Positions 1 to 12,964 of a stretch of 58,403 nt of DNA are shown here, in pieces. The notes under the pieces were generated by a model. It was not told the DNA's origin, searched no databases, and worked only from the letters and a program-made list of their open reading frames with translations. Source of the DNA: Octopus bimaculoides (Eukaryota). Positions within the stretch are counted from its first letter, which is position 1. The number at the start of each line of letters is the position of its first letter. The translations under genes and the position numbers were made by a program. The stretch lies in NCBI RefSeq assembly GCF_001194135.2, contig NC_069000.1, positions 32,504,834-32,563,236 on the forward strand, given 5' to 3'.

Positions 1-55
<55 letters not shown>

Positions 56-78
56 GCGTGCGTGCGCGCGCGCGTATG
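1..78. repeat. (TG)n/(CG) microsatellite
   Basis: Direct reading. Confidence 0.97.
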
Positions 79-264
79 TGTGTGTGCATGCTCTCCTATA
101 CTACATATGGGTTTCTGACTGTTTCATCCAAGCCCTTAATAAAATCATTGTTATAGCAGAAGAATCTTACACGAAGCGCGACCGAACGGAGAACCTTAGG
201 TTATGAAACGAAATTTTAGAACATACTTTTAAGCGCCTATGTTATTCACGAGATCTTATTTTTT

Positions 265-397
265 AAACTTATTTTATCGACCCCGAAGAAATGAAAGATG
301 AAGCTGACTTCAGCGGAATTTAGAACGTAAAAACGGATGAAATTCCGATAAGCATTTCGCTCAGCCTGCTCAAGATTCTACCGGCTCACGACCTTAA
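265..397 (-). mobile_element. tRNA-derived SINE family A, partial
   Basis: Reverse complement of the head (gagc.gg.agaat), the B-box region and the central ttcatt/ccttcggggtcgataaaataag block. Confidence 0.75.
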
Positions 398-424
398 AGC
401 AACTGAATATTATTATAGGCAGAT

Positions 425-640
425 TAAGGCGGTGAGCTGGCAGAATCGTTATGTCGCTTGGCATAATAATTTGCAGCATTTCGTCCTTCGTTACGTTCTG
501 AGTTCAAATTGCGCCGAGGTCTACTTAGATTTCATCCCTTCGAATTCGATACAATAAATAGCAGTTGAATACTGGAGTTGAAGACTTACTCCTCTCCCCG
601 AAGTTGCTGTCTGAGCCAAAATTTGAAACCAATATAATCG
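425..640 (+). mobile_element. tRNA-derived SINE family A
   Basis: taaggcggtgagctggcagaatcgtt...ctgagttcaaatt...ttcatcccttcgaattcgata...aaaatttgaaaccaata. The central block resembles, from memory, the MetaSINE/Sauria-type domain; not verified by search. Confidence 0.85.
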
Positions 641-1654
641 TCAGATTATGTCTTTAATTTCGCTTCGTAGTTAAGATTGTTTATTTCTTAATATAGATTC
701 AAAAATAATTGATAATAATTTCCAAAGTAGGTGAGGTGATAAGTGTGTAGCAAGGAGTGTGTAGCATTCAGTGATGTATAGTCATAAAACTGTATAATCT
801 CTTAAGACTTTTACACTCTCTAAATAATTAAATATCTTAAATAAGATACAATTCCTAAAGAAATTATGTTTTATGGTTCTCTGTAGACTTCAACCATCAT
901 ACAGTTGTTAAAATCACTGAGGAATTACCACAAGAACTGCCGCTGGTAATGAAATAGTTACAAGTGTTAAGTTTTAAACAGTCGATGACATATAAATGTA
1001 ATATTTAACATAATGAAGGAATCGTATTTAGTGTGCTACATTTTAAATATATATAACTATAGTACAAAATCGAAAGAATAAACGGAATCTTGAATATAAT
1101 GAAACATATTTGACGAGTTACACTTTAAATAACCTTACCTGAGGAACTGAATTAAAGATATATTTGAAATTCTGAATATGATGAAATAATATTATGAAAA
1201 TGTGTTGATATACGTATGAAAAGGCAAACAATGAAGCTTCTGGAATATGTATTCGTGACACGTTGTAATAATTAAAACAACAATAACAATTATGTTAATG
1301 AGTTGCTACAACTTAGACAGAATGGCACAAACTGTATTGTGGTAGGGAATTAGTAATAATGGTACAGCCCTCCCATGTGACGAGTGGAAACAACCACCAC
1401 AAGTAAGGTGACGTCGCCCAGTATCGGAGTGTACGTAGTAGGCGCTGAAGACATAGTCGTGTCTTTATTGGTACTAAGTATACTGTGTACTGAAGTGGGC
1501 GTTATAATAATCAAAGATAAGGCTTATTAACAAGTATATGACTGGGGCTAATAAAATTGTTAGCAATTCAGCTCCAATATTTCATACAGTCCTAGAGTGG
1601 CGAGCCAGCAAAATCGTTAGAACGACGAGCAAAGTGTTCAGTGACATTTCGTGG

Positions 1655-2877
1655 CGAACGTTTTTGAAATGGTTATTGCCCAGCCCCATGAGCAGGGACC
1701 TATGTCCGACAGGTACCATTTGGTCCGTGGTGTCTTAGCATTTTTGTTTCTCTTTTCAGGTGAAGCCATGGCCTTGTGGACGATAACGCATCGCGTATTT
1801 ACCTTCGACAGTTACGTGAAGAATAACGCGTCTGTCACAGCGGTTCAGCGTGAGTTTCGGCTCCATTTCAACATTCACCGAAATCAGGCTGTTCCTAGCC
1901 GTAACACAATCTTACTTTGGGAGAATGCACATCGTACATGAGGTACACTAATGAATAGGAGACTGGTGGGGGCGCTACGAACGGAAAATGTGGACGCGTC
2001 AGACAAGCTTCGATACGGGGTCCGAATCGCTCTGATCGGAGGCATTCCACTGAATCGATCGGTAAGGTGTATTTTGCATGAAGACCTGCATTTCCACCCG
2101 TACAAATTGGTTTTTGGGACTATTCCCAGCGACTTAACTTTGCACGTCAGATAGAAGTAATTTTTGAGGCTAATGACAACCTCATTTTGTTAATGAGTGA
2201 TAACGTTCATTTTCATCTCAATGGCACTGTGAATCAACAGAACTGTCGTTGTAGAGAACTGCACGAAAGACCAAAGTGACTTACTGGTGTACTGTTGGAA
2301 AAGCTACTAACATTGGTCCTTACTTTTTTGAAGACAATAATGGAACTGCTGTTACTGTGAACCCCGAGCGTTACATCGAGATGATAAGCAACTTCTTTGT
2401 GTCTTAATTACAACGAAAACGTGTGCCCGTTTGGCGTGTGTGTTTTCAGCATGATGTCGTCCACGGCACACACATACAGAGCATCAATGGACGTTCTTCG
2501 CCCTCACTTCGGTGACCGCTTCATTTCCAGGTTTGCTGATATTCCTTGGCTTCCTTGGTGCTCTGATTTGTCCAAGTGATTATATCTTGTGGCGAAACCT
2601 TAAGATTATGCGGACGATTTGAAAGAAGCTATTCGCGCGGAAGTCGCCCAAATCGACAGAGCAATGCTGGAAAGAATAGAGGCCAACTTCGAAGAACGCC
2701 TTCAGAAATGCATCAATGAAAACGGACACTACATGATGGATGTTATTTTCCACACTTAATTTTAACAAATGCTAAATCAATACAGCCTCATTGATGTCGA
2801 TAAAATTTGTTTGCAACTAAAATTAATGATTTTGTGAATTTTTCAAGAACGTCCGTCCTCTCTACCCCCACTCTGTA
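1655..2877 (+). mobile_element. Decayed Tc1/mariner DNA transposon, DD41D (rosa)-like transposase pseudogene
   Basis: Frameshifted pieces: N-terminal SVTAVQREFRLHFNIHRNQAVPSRNTILLW, ILHEDLHFHPYKL, LMSD.VHFHLNGTVNQQNCR, GPYFFEDNNGTAVTVN.ERY, FQHD..TAHT, W.P..SDLS..D. About 41 residues between D2 and D3 after manual frameshift repair. 3' end is ...ccccactctgTA. Only part of the 5' TIR remains (acgtttttgaaa versus acgttcttgaaa). Confidence 0.85.
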
Positions 2878-3277
2878 TGTAGCATATAATCATCATCATT
2901 AGTTGTAACATGTGTCAACTCCCACCGAGAAACATAAATATAAATAAAGAAAGCCACATTAATATGCTTACATAAGCTGCTAGTAATAGAAGCCAAATCT
3001 CCTTCAGATTACATAACATCATTATAACTAAGGAAACAACAAACTTAACCTAACCCTAATTACACAATCTTCAATAAATTTTGGAGGGTAAAGATGAAAT
3101 GCCTTTGGTTTTAGAGATCTACTCGATCAGGATTTACCTTGAACTAAATAAAAATTTGACTGTCATTGTTTGAAAGCCTTTGACCATGGTTCAACTCAAT
3201 GAGGTAGGTAGCGACACAGGGCTGAACAACATAATTAGCTATAGTGAAAATGAAGTGGTTACTATGCATAATAGATT

Positions 3278-3497
3278 GAAGGCGGCAAGCTGGCGAGAAT
3301 CGTTAGGACGCCGGGCGAAATGCCTTGCCGCAGTTCGTCCACCTGCAGATTCTGAGTTCAAATTCGGCCCAGGTTGATTTTGCCTTTCATCCTTTAGGGT
3401 CAATAAAAATAATAATAAGTACCAGTTGAACACTGGAGGCGGTGTAATCGACTTATCTCCCGATATTGCTGGCCTTGTACCAAAATTTGAAATAAAT
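3278..3497 (+). mobile_element. tRNA-derived SINE family A
   Basis: Full head, gagttcaaat B-box, gcctttcatccttt...gtaccagt and the ctggccttgtaccaaaatttgaaa tail. Confidence 0.88.
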
Positions 3498-4210
3498 ATG
3501 TATAACAGATTGTGCTGATTACAACGTGATATTATATAGTCCCTTGTTTACGGGAGAGTCAGGTGTGGAGCGTCTTTGTTCATATGTTTGTTCGATTAGA
3601 GCTAACCACTGGTTAAGCAACAAGAGCAATAACTTGTAGGATATTATTTCTATTTGTATATTTTTAGTTTTGCCACAACTAAACGACTTCCATAGAAGTT
3701 TTCATAAATGTTTAATTTCATGTCTGAATAAACAAGAAAATTAGAGAAGCGGGGAAGGCGGATAAATATAATAAATCGCCTGCAAAGAAAACCGTATTAT
3801 AAAATATTTTCTGTGTACACAGAATATCTAATAAGACTTTATTCCAATACGCAATGTTATGTTTGTTTGCCTGTTACATAATCAACTGTGTGACCTCATG
3901 TGTCATTAAAAAATTCCCTTTATCTGTAGTTTATCAAAAGACTATCAGCCGGTTGGATTATGGTTTCTTGTCAATACAGAAGAAATACTGACAACATATG
4001 TGATAAAAACATTTCAGTGAATACTCTGTGAATCCCACACTTTCCCATTGTATAACCGACAAGGATTTCCGTAACGTCTAAAATTATATCCCACCACGCC
4101 TATTGATCGCAGGTCTATGGGCCTCACCCGAGCAAACAATTGATAGAAATATGAAGATTTCTTATAGTGTTTCATGTTCTCCATACCATTATATACTTAT
4201 ATGACTTACT

Positions 4211-4424
4211 GATTTCAAAATTTTGCACCACGCTAGCATTTTCGGGAGAGGGAATATGTCGATTTAATGGACCCCAGTGTTTATTCAACTGGTGTTTATT
4301 TTATCGATCGCGAAAAGATAATGTTGACCTCGGCGGAATTTGAACACAGAACTTTAAATCGGAAGAAATGCATCTAAGAAATTATTTTCCGGCGTGTTAA
4401 CGATTTTGTCAGCTCGTCTCCTTC
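4211..4424 (-). mobile_element. tRNA-derived SINE family A
   Basis: Reverse complement of the same family blocks (gacctcggcggaatttgaac; ttaacgattttgtcagctcg). Confidence 0.8.
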
Positions 4425-4916
4425 CTTATTGTATTTTATTATTGGATTTGCTTATTATGATAACATATAAGAGAAGGGCTTCATCAGAACGATGAGGTAA
4501 TTCAACTTGATAAATTGTAGAAAATATGGAAAATTCACACTCAGGTATTAATCATTTAACTTTCAACAGGTTGAATCACTAACGTTCATATTTGATGAAC
4601 GACTTTGATATTTGTAAGATACGCAAACCTTATTGAATGAAAATTCACTTGATCAACGACAAAATATGAAATAAAACAATGTACGCCTATTTCAATGTTT
4701 ATACATATTCATACACACAGAAATGCACAAATACATAGATACATTCATACATATATGTGTGTGTGTGTATGTGTGTGAGTATTCACGTATGCATGTATGT
4801 TTGTGTGTATGTGTGTGAAATGAATGCTAGAGAAATAGAAAAACAAACTGATCGTGGTAAAATTAGAAGGTATAATACGGCAGGTATGTCTTTTAAAAGA
4901 AAATAATAACTACAAT

Positions 4917-5020
4917 TACAGGGTGAACACTCACACTCAACAAAATACCTTTAATGAGGAACCGAAACCCTTCTGTGAAGCAAATTTAGTTGGGTGTTTA
5001 CGTCGAAATGTGACCCTGTA
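4917..5020. mobile_element. Possible small degenerate mariner-type MITE
   Basis: Bounded by tacagggt ... accctgta. The inverted match is only 8 bp. Confidence 0.35.
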
Positions 5021-5305
5021 TTGGATCGATTTTATTAGATGAATTGAGATATTAAGATCAGAAAGAAAAAAAAACTGCAAGAGAGAGAGAGAGAGACAAG
5101 GGAAGAGAGAGGAGTTTCACAAATTTTCATATAGTTAATTGACAATTACGACGATTCTACTCTTTTTCAGATACTCGTTGGTTTTGTACCTATGTAATTT
5201 AATTTTCATCTTCTTAAAGAGGGGCGTTTACTGAAAAGTAAATTCATTACAACCCTAATTGATATACCCTCCATTTTATCAGGGTTTCTTGGCAGCAGCG
5301 GCAAT

Positions 5306-5372
<67 letters not shown>

Positions 5373-7030
5373 CATGTGGACCCTCTTACACTAACCAAAC
5401 TAAATCGTACAGTTGCTTATATAGGAAATTATTATTTTCTTAACTGAAAATATGATGCACGGCTCCAGCCATGCCCATAAACTAAAGATGATAACTCAAG
5501 AATAGTTCACAGGCAAATCCCGATATGATACTTAGTGTTGTATATTCATTTGCGGTCACATTGAGGAATAGCTGCAGATCTTCCTCCTGCTGGTTATTGG
5601 TGCAGTGCTGCACCTTGTATAGACAATATATATTGCTTTGTACATTTTAATGAAAAAAATTCCTTTAAGTCAAGAAGTCGACGTCATTTTTTGACAACAC
5701 GAGTACACTAGCTATTTCTTTGGTTGTCGTATTGTAAAGCAAACATTTTGTAATGTTTTACTAGTAAAACTAATTTTGCTAGTAATACATCACGACAAAT
5801 TTCTCACTAAGATATATTTGCTACAGAGCTTAGAGAGATGAAAATTTTATTCTGAGAATCTTGGGAGATTTAGGTTAATATCTGTACGAAATAAGTGAAA
5901 AACCCGAGGTAGTTACAGGGCAGAAGGTTAGAGCATTTTTTTCCCATTGACTCGCAAGAATCGATAAAATATATTACATCAACTACTAGAAGATCGTCTC
6001 TTGAAATACTCCTTGCGTAAATGTTGAAAATAATTTTATTGTGAATGTTGATTTCCAAACAAAATGGCAATTGTTGAATGCATGACAGTGTCCGTTTTGT
6101 CTGATATTAAGATAGTAGGAGCATTTATTATTTATTGTCTCCTTTATATTCTATGTTCAAATCTTATGAGGGTTAGCTTTATCTTTTCTCCCGTAACCCT
6201 CTGGCCCAGAGAAGAAATAAAAGAAAGAAGATTCAGTCAAATATATACATCTTCCCCTCAAAAACTGACAGAATAGTTATCTTTTGGGATTGAATGTATG
6301 CCATATATTCACCTTACGCTTCAACATACATCGATTTAATTAAATATCAGTAATCTATTGGGGAAATCATTCTCTAACTTTTATAAGTTTATAGCCTTGT
6401 CATCTTCCTAGAATAACTTTTGTGAAGCAGCATCTGAAACAGTAGATTCACATGTTTAATTCCTTACCATATATATGCTGTGTCCTTCAACATCACAAGT
6501 TCAAACAATCGAATGCAAGTAACTTTGCCAACCCATTTGAAAAGATTGGCGGCTTTTGTTTACCTCAACATTTCAGCCATGAGCATCTCATAGTTTTATA
6601 TAAATAGATCGACATTGTCCAAAACACGCTGTCGTTTTTTTGTTTTTTTTTTAAAGACAATATGATTTCGAATAAATGTTCTACAAAAAAAAGAGGTTCG
6701 ACAGTTGATTTCTTCCGGCCATGACGATCCGTACTTTTGTACATCAGGAACTACATTGTCCAATGTATCCCTTACTATTTTAAGATGGTCATATGAGATA
6801 TGAAAGGCAAATATTTGTTATCGCTAACAACGCATACAACTACGTAACTGTTCCTCAGCGGTTCACATATGAATGAAGAATTCATTGATTTACATGGTTG
6901 AATGGTTTCTGAATCGTTTCATTATTTGAGCAAATAGATTCTCGCTAAAAGATTCAATGAAAATTGTTTATCATCAAAGGCCACTCGAAAAACTTCAACG
7001 CCTGTCTTTTCCTGTTATTGTTGAAACTTA

Positions 7031-7250
7031 AATTGGTTTCAGATTTTGACGCAAGGCCAGCAAGTTCTGGGTAGAATATAATTAACTACATCGACCCCAG
7101 TGCTCAACGGCTACTTATTCTATCAACCCCGAAATGTATGAAAGGAAAAGTCAACCTCTGTGAAATTTCATCTCAGAACGTGAAGACGGACGAAATGGCG
7201 GTAAAAAGTTTGGCCGACGTACTAAAAGTTCTGCCCGTTCGCCGCCTTTT
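7031..7250 (-). mobile_element. tRNA-derived SINE family A
   Basis: caaggccag...atcgaccccagtgctcaac...atgaaagg...ctcagaacgt...gttcgccgcct. Confidence 0.82.
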
Positions 7251-7482
7251 TTTAACCTTAATTCAGTAGTTGCTTTTGTTATTTAAAATTTACTGAGACC
7301 CAATCGAGCAGTTCTCTGTTCTAAGGAATTCATGTCTTTAAGACTAATGCTTCCTAGTATAATGTGTCCTCATTTCTAACAAGAGGGTACGGGTGATTTA
7401 TAAGAGGAATTTGGTTGTTATTTTTAGCGGGTTGAGTGGTAGTGGTATTCTAGGGATAAAAGTATGTAAGGTACATAACTGC

Positions 7483-7534
<52 letters not shown>

Positions 7535-8625
7535 TTGGTGGTGTTGCTGGTAGTAGTAGTAGTAGTAGTAGTGGGTAATGAACAGCAGCAGCAACAGTAA
7601 TTATAAGAGGAGAGGAGGAGATGGAGAAGAGAAAGAAGGGCATACAGTAGCATGAAGATAACGGTTTGGGGAAGAGACGAGTCGTAGAAAAAGTAACAGT
7701 AGTGTTGTGATACTAGTTATAGAAAGGATGGTTGTTGTGGAGATAGTAATAGTAGTAGTAGTAGTAGTTTTAGTTCTTCCTTGTTCTAGTTATAGCTGTT
7801 GTGGAATATTACAGCGATAAACAAAACCGTTCAATCAATAAGCGTTAAACTGGATACTGATAAGAACAACAAGCAACAGTAACAATGACAAAAACAAAGA
7901 AATATAATACAAAAAGAACAATCAGCTAAACGTTGGGAAAATATAATGAAAATATATGAAAAGTAAAAAAGTAAAAAATCAATCAAACAACGTTGTATTT
8001 ACAAATAAAAGAAACGGGAAAAAAGGAGAAACAAACAGATTAAGGCGAAAACCTTCGAGATAACATTGAATTTTTATTTCCTGATTGATAAAAACTAAAC
8101 AAAATGGCGGGTAGCTGAAAAAAGGCAAGAAAAAGATGTAATTGTATTTCATAAATAATTGTATTTATTACAAATAAAAGAGCAAAAATTGTATTGATAG
8201 AAATGGAATTTTGATTGGGTTCGAATCGAAAAGGAATATAACACATCACCGATCTATGCCCTCATTTCAAGCAAAAGATATGTTTAAAAAGAAGAGTATG
8301 AGATGAATATATATATATGAAATAATGTGAAAATTTGATGAGGCATCGTTTTAGAAGAATCTCTGAATAAACACAGATTACTTAATGTTGTAGAGAAATA
8401 CTGGTGCGAAAGAGACAGAAGAAAAGAGGGAGAAAGAGAGAGAGAGAAAGAGAGAAACTGACAGACAGAAGGATTGAAAGAGATACGTGTATACTGAATG
8501 AGATTGGGAAAGAAACAAGAACGAAATGTTACATTAGATATTAGTTAGATAGGTATTTTGAGTGCGTATGCGGATGGGTTGAGTATGTAAGTGTGTATTT
8601 ATATATATATATATATGTGTATATA

Positions 8626-8672
<47 letters not shown>

Positions 8673-8887
8673 CGAGGGTATGAGACGTATTGGTGTCAAG
8701 AAGACTCAAAAGGTGTCGGATAATGCTAAGCGCTATGGACAGACGGTGGTTTAAGCTCAAGGATTGATAATGATACGAATGAGGAGTCCAACGTGGATCA
8801 TGTATTAACATGCATATATAAATTGACAGAATGCAATAAAAATATCCAAGGCTGTAAACAGTTTTGAGAACATTTATAAGGAAAAGG

Positions 8888-8935
8888 TCTTACAGCTGTT
8901 TCCACGATATTTTATATATATCCCTTCATCAGAGA
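8888..8935 (-). ncRNA. Type I minimal hammerhead-ribozyme-like motif (Penelope-type), stem II base eroded
   Basis: Minus strand tct-CTGATGA-agggatat-atataaa-atatcgtg-GAAA-c-agct-GTA-aga. Core, palindromic helix III and 3-bp stem I are present. Confidence 0.55.
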
Positions 8936-9854
8936 GGGTGCGAGAAAATGTTTGAGCATTAATTATTGTAGAGAAGATATGAAATCCAGAGGGAAGTAAG
9001 AGAATGAAAATAGAAGTGAGGTACCTAAGGATATTGTATTTGCAGTTCCATATATACATGCATTGAAGAAATAAGGATAAACAGAAATTTATATTATAGT
9101 TCCTGCCCGTTTCACCTTGGAGCACACCAATAGTGTTCCATTTGCATTTAAAAGCTCAACCACAACGTATCATCAGGAAATATTTTATTGCATAAAGTGA
9201 TAACTATGTCCCGCACCACACACACACACGCGTTGTCATTGTTAATCGGCGAATGTTACAGAGTAACTCAAGAGCTGTGAATTCTGTGCATTGTCATTTA
9301 TGAAACTGGTTTCCAATCAAAAGGATTACATTTAGATACCTGTGACAATGATATTTCCCCGGATTGTTCTAGAACAAATTATATGAAAGCCAATACAACG
9401 TCACGTGGATGATGCATATTCTTCAAAAGTTTTGCCCGTTACAATGTTCAGTAATATATATATAAGTAAATAACAAAAATATAAAAATATTTATTCATAT
9501 ATACACACGCACAAATGGTAATGCGTGTATGTAAACACTTCCTTTATTTGTTTCATTTATTCGGTCATGCTGGAGCACCGCATTGAAAATGTTTAGTCGA
9601 TCAAACCATTTGCTAAGGAAAACCATTTCAGGTTGTTTCAATTTACTCAGCTGAAAATGAGCCCCATCAGAGTACTGGCACAGCTCACTATTCAACCAAC
9701 TACCGTACACTGAATGTTTCTCTGGATCGAAAGACGAAGGTATCGGCGAAGTGTCTATGTCTGCTCGTGACTCCATAGGTGCCAAAACAATGATATAATT
9801 TTCAAAGCCATACTCGTTGGCGGCTGACAGTTGGCTCTTATAGCGTAACATAGG

Positions 9855-10218
9855 CGAGCTGGCAGAATTGTTGTTGTTGTTGTACAGAATGCTTTACGGT
9901 ATTACTTCTGATATTTAACATTCTGAGTTCAAATACTGCCTAGGTAAAATACAGTACGAACTCAATTATAGGGTTCAATGTAATCAACTAACCACCCTTC
10001 AAAACTTCTGGTCTTGTGCCTGAGCTAGCATGCTTACTTAGCGTTATTTCGTCCGTCGCTACGTTCTGAGTTCAAATTCCACCGAGGTCGATTTTGCCTT
10101 TCATCCTTTCGGAGTCGATAAATTAAATACCAGTGAAATACTGGGGTCAATGTAATGGACTAGTTGACTCCCTAAAATTTCAGGCCTTGTGCTTTTAATA
10201 GAAAGGATTATTATTATT
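9855..10218 (+). mobile_element. Two tandem SINE family A copies (9855-10022 internally deleted; 10030-10218 headless)
   Basis: Two ttctgagttcaaat B-box blocks and two ggtc(c)ttgtgc tails. Confidence 0.8.
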
Positions 10219-12087
10219 AAGAATGCTAAAGTAATACCATCGCCAATAAGAACACAGAAAAGGGTAATGGTTAACAGAAGTTAGGTAGTCATATATATTC
10301 TCAGAACTTGACTGGTAATATTTTATTTATGCTTGAACAATGAAAGGTGAGATCAACCTGAGTGGGAATTGGAATTAAACGAAAGCAACTAAATACCTTG
10401 AGGAATTGTGTTTCACTATATACTATAATTCCGATAATCGTCTTTTTCTTTTTAAACACAGATCAAATAAGATCGATACAGACTTAATTGATCCTCCTCT
10501 TTACCAGTCACTACAAAATAGTAAATTTCTGTGAGACCATAATATGATATTGTGGATGTAGATTTTTTTATATCTCGACAGTCAGTAATCTTTAGCGTTG
10601 TACATAGTGTTAAACTAAACTAGAGCTGGTGAATGAAATCTGTTCGTTTTCATGGGCATTGCAATAGAGCTTAACATCAATTTTCGCTGCAGTTCGAAGA
10701 AATATCTTTTATTCTAATCATTCTCCGACTATACTTCTTAACCAAAACGTTAGAACACATTTCTCTTCCAGCTACATCAGTCGTAATGGTTTTCTGTTAT
10801 TTATAATTGTTGACTGACCGCCGTAGCCCTTCCCTGATTTTCTACTGTTTAAAACACAGTCTTTATATGTTACTTAGGAATAACTACGTATGCTATACTC
10901 ACCATCCTCCACATCTCTCTGTACCATTATGTTACATAATATGAAGAAATATTTGACCTGTTACGAACAGAGACCGGAACGAATGAAATATAATGATTTT
11001 GTTTTTCTCTCTTCAGATGTAGTCAGTAATTGAATTTATTTTACATTATTACTATAATGGTTTCTATAAAGAAAGCATTATTACTCTAATGGTTTCTAAT
11101 ATATGACAGTAATTGTGAATGTTATGTAACTAACTATATACAATTGCTAAAATGAAATAAACTTATTTCCCGTGAAGAGAAATGAATTCTGAAGTAGAGG
11201 ATAGGTCTCTTCTTCAAAGAATTATGAAATTTATATCATAATACTCTATTCAGGAAGTTTGAGTGTGAAGAGGGATTGAAGAAAAGGAAGCATAACAAAT
11301 AATGTTTCATGGGGTGGTTACGTGGGAAATAGAGATAACGGGGGGTTGCTTATATGTCTCATAAAGGAAAAGTGTGCGTAGATTTTTTTAATATATTTTC
11401 TAGATGTGCTTTGCGTCATCCTTTCTCAGCCCTATGGAACAAATGTAGTCGATCGAACAACTATGTACAACTCACAGATTCAGTGATCATCTATATACAC
11501 ATCATGCTTTAACTTAGTTGTGTTCTATATTATGAACACTCTCATGTTTTAAATTAGGAATGTTGTGTGGAAACTCGACTATATTGCAGTTTTACCTCTT
11601 CAGTTGAATTGAGAAAAACAGGGTGGACCATTAACAGGGTCATTAGGGTTTCCTTTAGAATGCATTGTGTTATTTACTACAGATCTCCGTTCAGAGTTCA
11701 AATCGTGAGGTAGGCAATTTATACAAAATGGACGTATTTTTGCGGATAGAGAAACAGATTTTTTCATCCATTTGCTGCTAAGTAATCTGACGTACATTTG
11801 GGCGAAAGAAAAAAATACGTGAACGCCTCTGCAAAAGGCCTGGTAGTATTTGTTGGGGTTCTTTACATATGATATATTAGTTTGTTGTAAGATAATGGAA
11901 AAAAAACTAGAGTTCGGGAGGGTGGTTGGGTGGATCGAGATTTAAGATGTTGGAATCTCTAAAGAATATACTGTGTGTGTGCTGATGTTGTTGTTGTTGT
12001 TGGGTATCTGAATAAGTGATTGTTGGATATTCGAATAAGTGATTTGTAAGAGTGATGAAACCACAAGTCAAATATTGATGTTTGAAT

Positions 12088-12290
12088 TGTTATCGTTTAG
12101 CCTTGAAGCCACACTCGATCGAGCAGTTACATGATCCAAGGCTTTCAAGATTCCATTAGCAACGCCATCGCCATATATTTATTTATTGCAGAGAATATGT
12201 TTGTTATATTTTTAAGGCAGTGGAGTGTAATATGAGGCCTATTTCGCTGCTATTTATAGTGAAACAAATGACAACCTAACTGTTCTCTCT
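12088..12290 (+). repeat. Unclassified dispersed repeat family E; other copies at ~2955-3150 (-), ~6706-6880 (+) and ~25860-26095 (-)
   Basis: Shared blocks gatcgagcag..c.atgatc.aaggc and g.g..agatttggct.ctatt..tag between copies. Strand is relative. Confidence 0.55.
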
Positions 12291-12964
12291 CACTCGATCG
12301 TTAAATATAAATCTATATTTATATTTTAGCTTGCTAATCGTGCAGTTCCTCCTTATGTCGATTGAGGCTGGTCTAGCTTAGAATTAATCGTTGCACGAGA
12401 TATTAAATTAAACCAAAAGGCGATTATATTCTCAGAAAATGTTCAAAAATCTCATTAATTCTAAATATAGTAAGGTACATGCTGAACTAGCATTGCCCGC
12501 CATTTCTTTTGATTGCATACACACTCCAATAATTCAAGAATTGCTGAAATATTTTTGTTTTAATTTAAAAACAGTCTCCAAACTAAGCTCTGTATTATCA
12601 TATTCTTCGAATTCAGCTTGCAATCATTCAGTTCGTCATTTTTTTGCTGGTATTTATTCAAATCGCTACTTTTTTCTATTGTTTATTATTTTTTAAATTT
12701 AATTTTTTTTATATTTGTATTTTCAAATTCCTGCTAATGCCTTTCCAATAAGAAAGCTGAAACTATCCGCGCATCCAATTTCAGCAGGCTAATTTGTTAT
12801 GTAATGACTTTCCTCTTTCTCTCTTTTATCTTTTTTTCAAAGCAAATTCCATTCTTCCTGTCTTTTTGTTACTCTTACTTTCCTTCTTCCATCGCTCTTC
12901 TCTATCTAATTCTTTTATTTTATCGCTTTAATTATTAATTTACTTCTTTATTTCTCTGTATTTT

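Noticed and set aside
5599-5614. Short palindromes (also 30564-30581 and 43141-43156) and a 23-bp direct repeat at 11044-11098
   Set aside because: Size and number are compatible with chance or local slippage in 58 kb.
9495-9851. 118-aa minus ORF with normal-looking composition
   Set aside because: It runs into a SINE family B 3' fragment and starts next to a family A head. No recognisable domain or splice sites; a weak LINE-endonuclease resemblance on + was not convincing.
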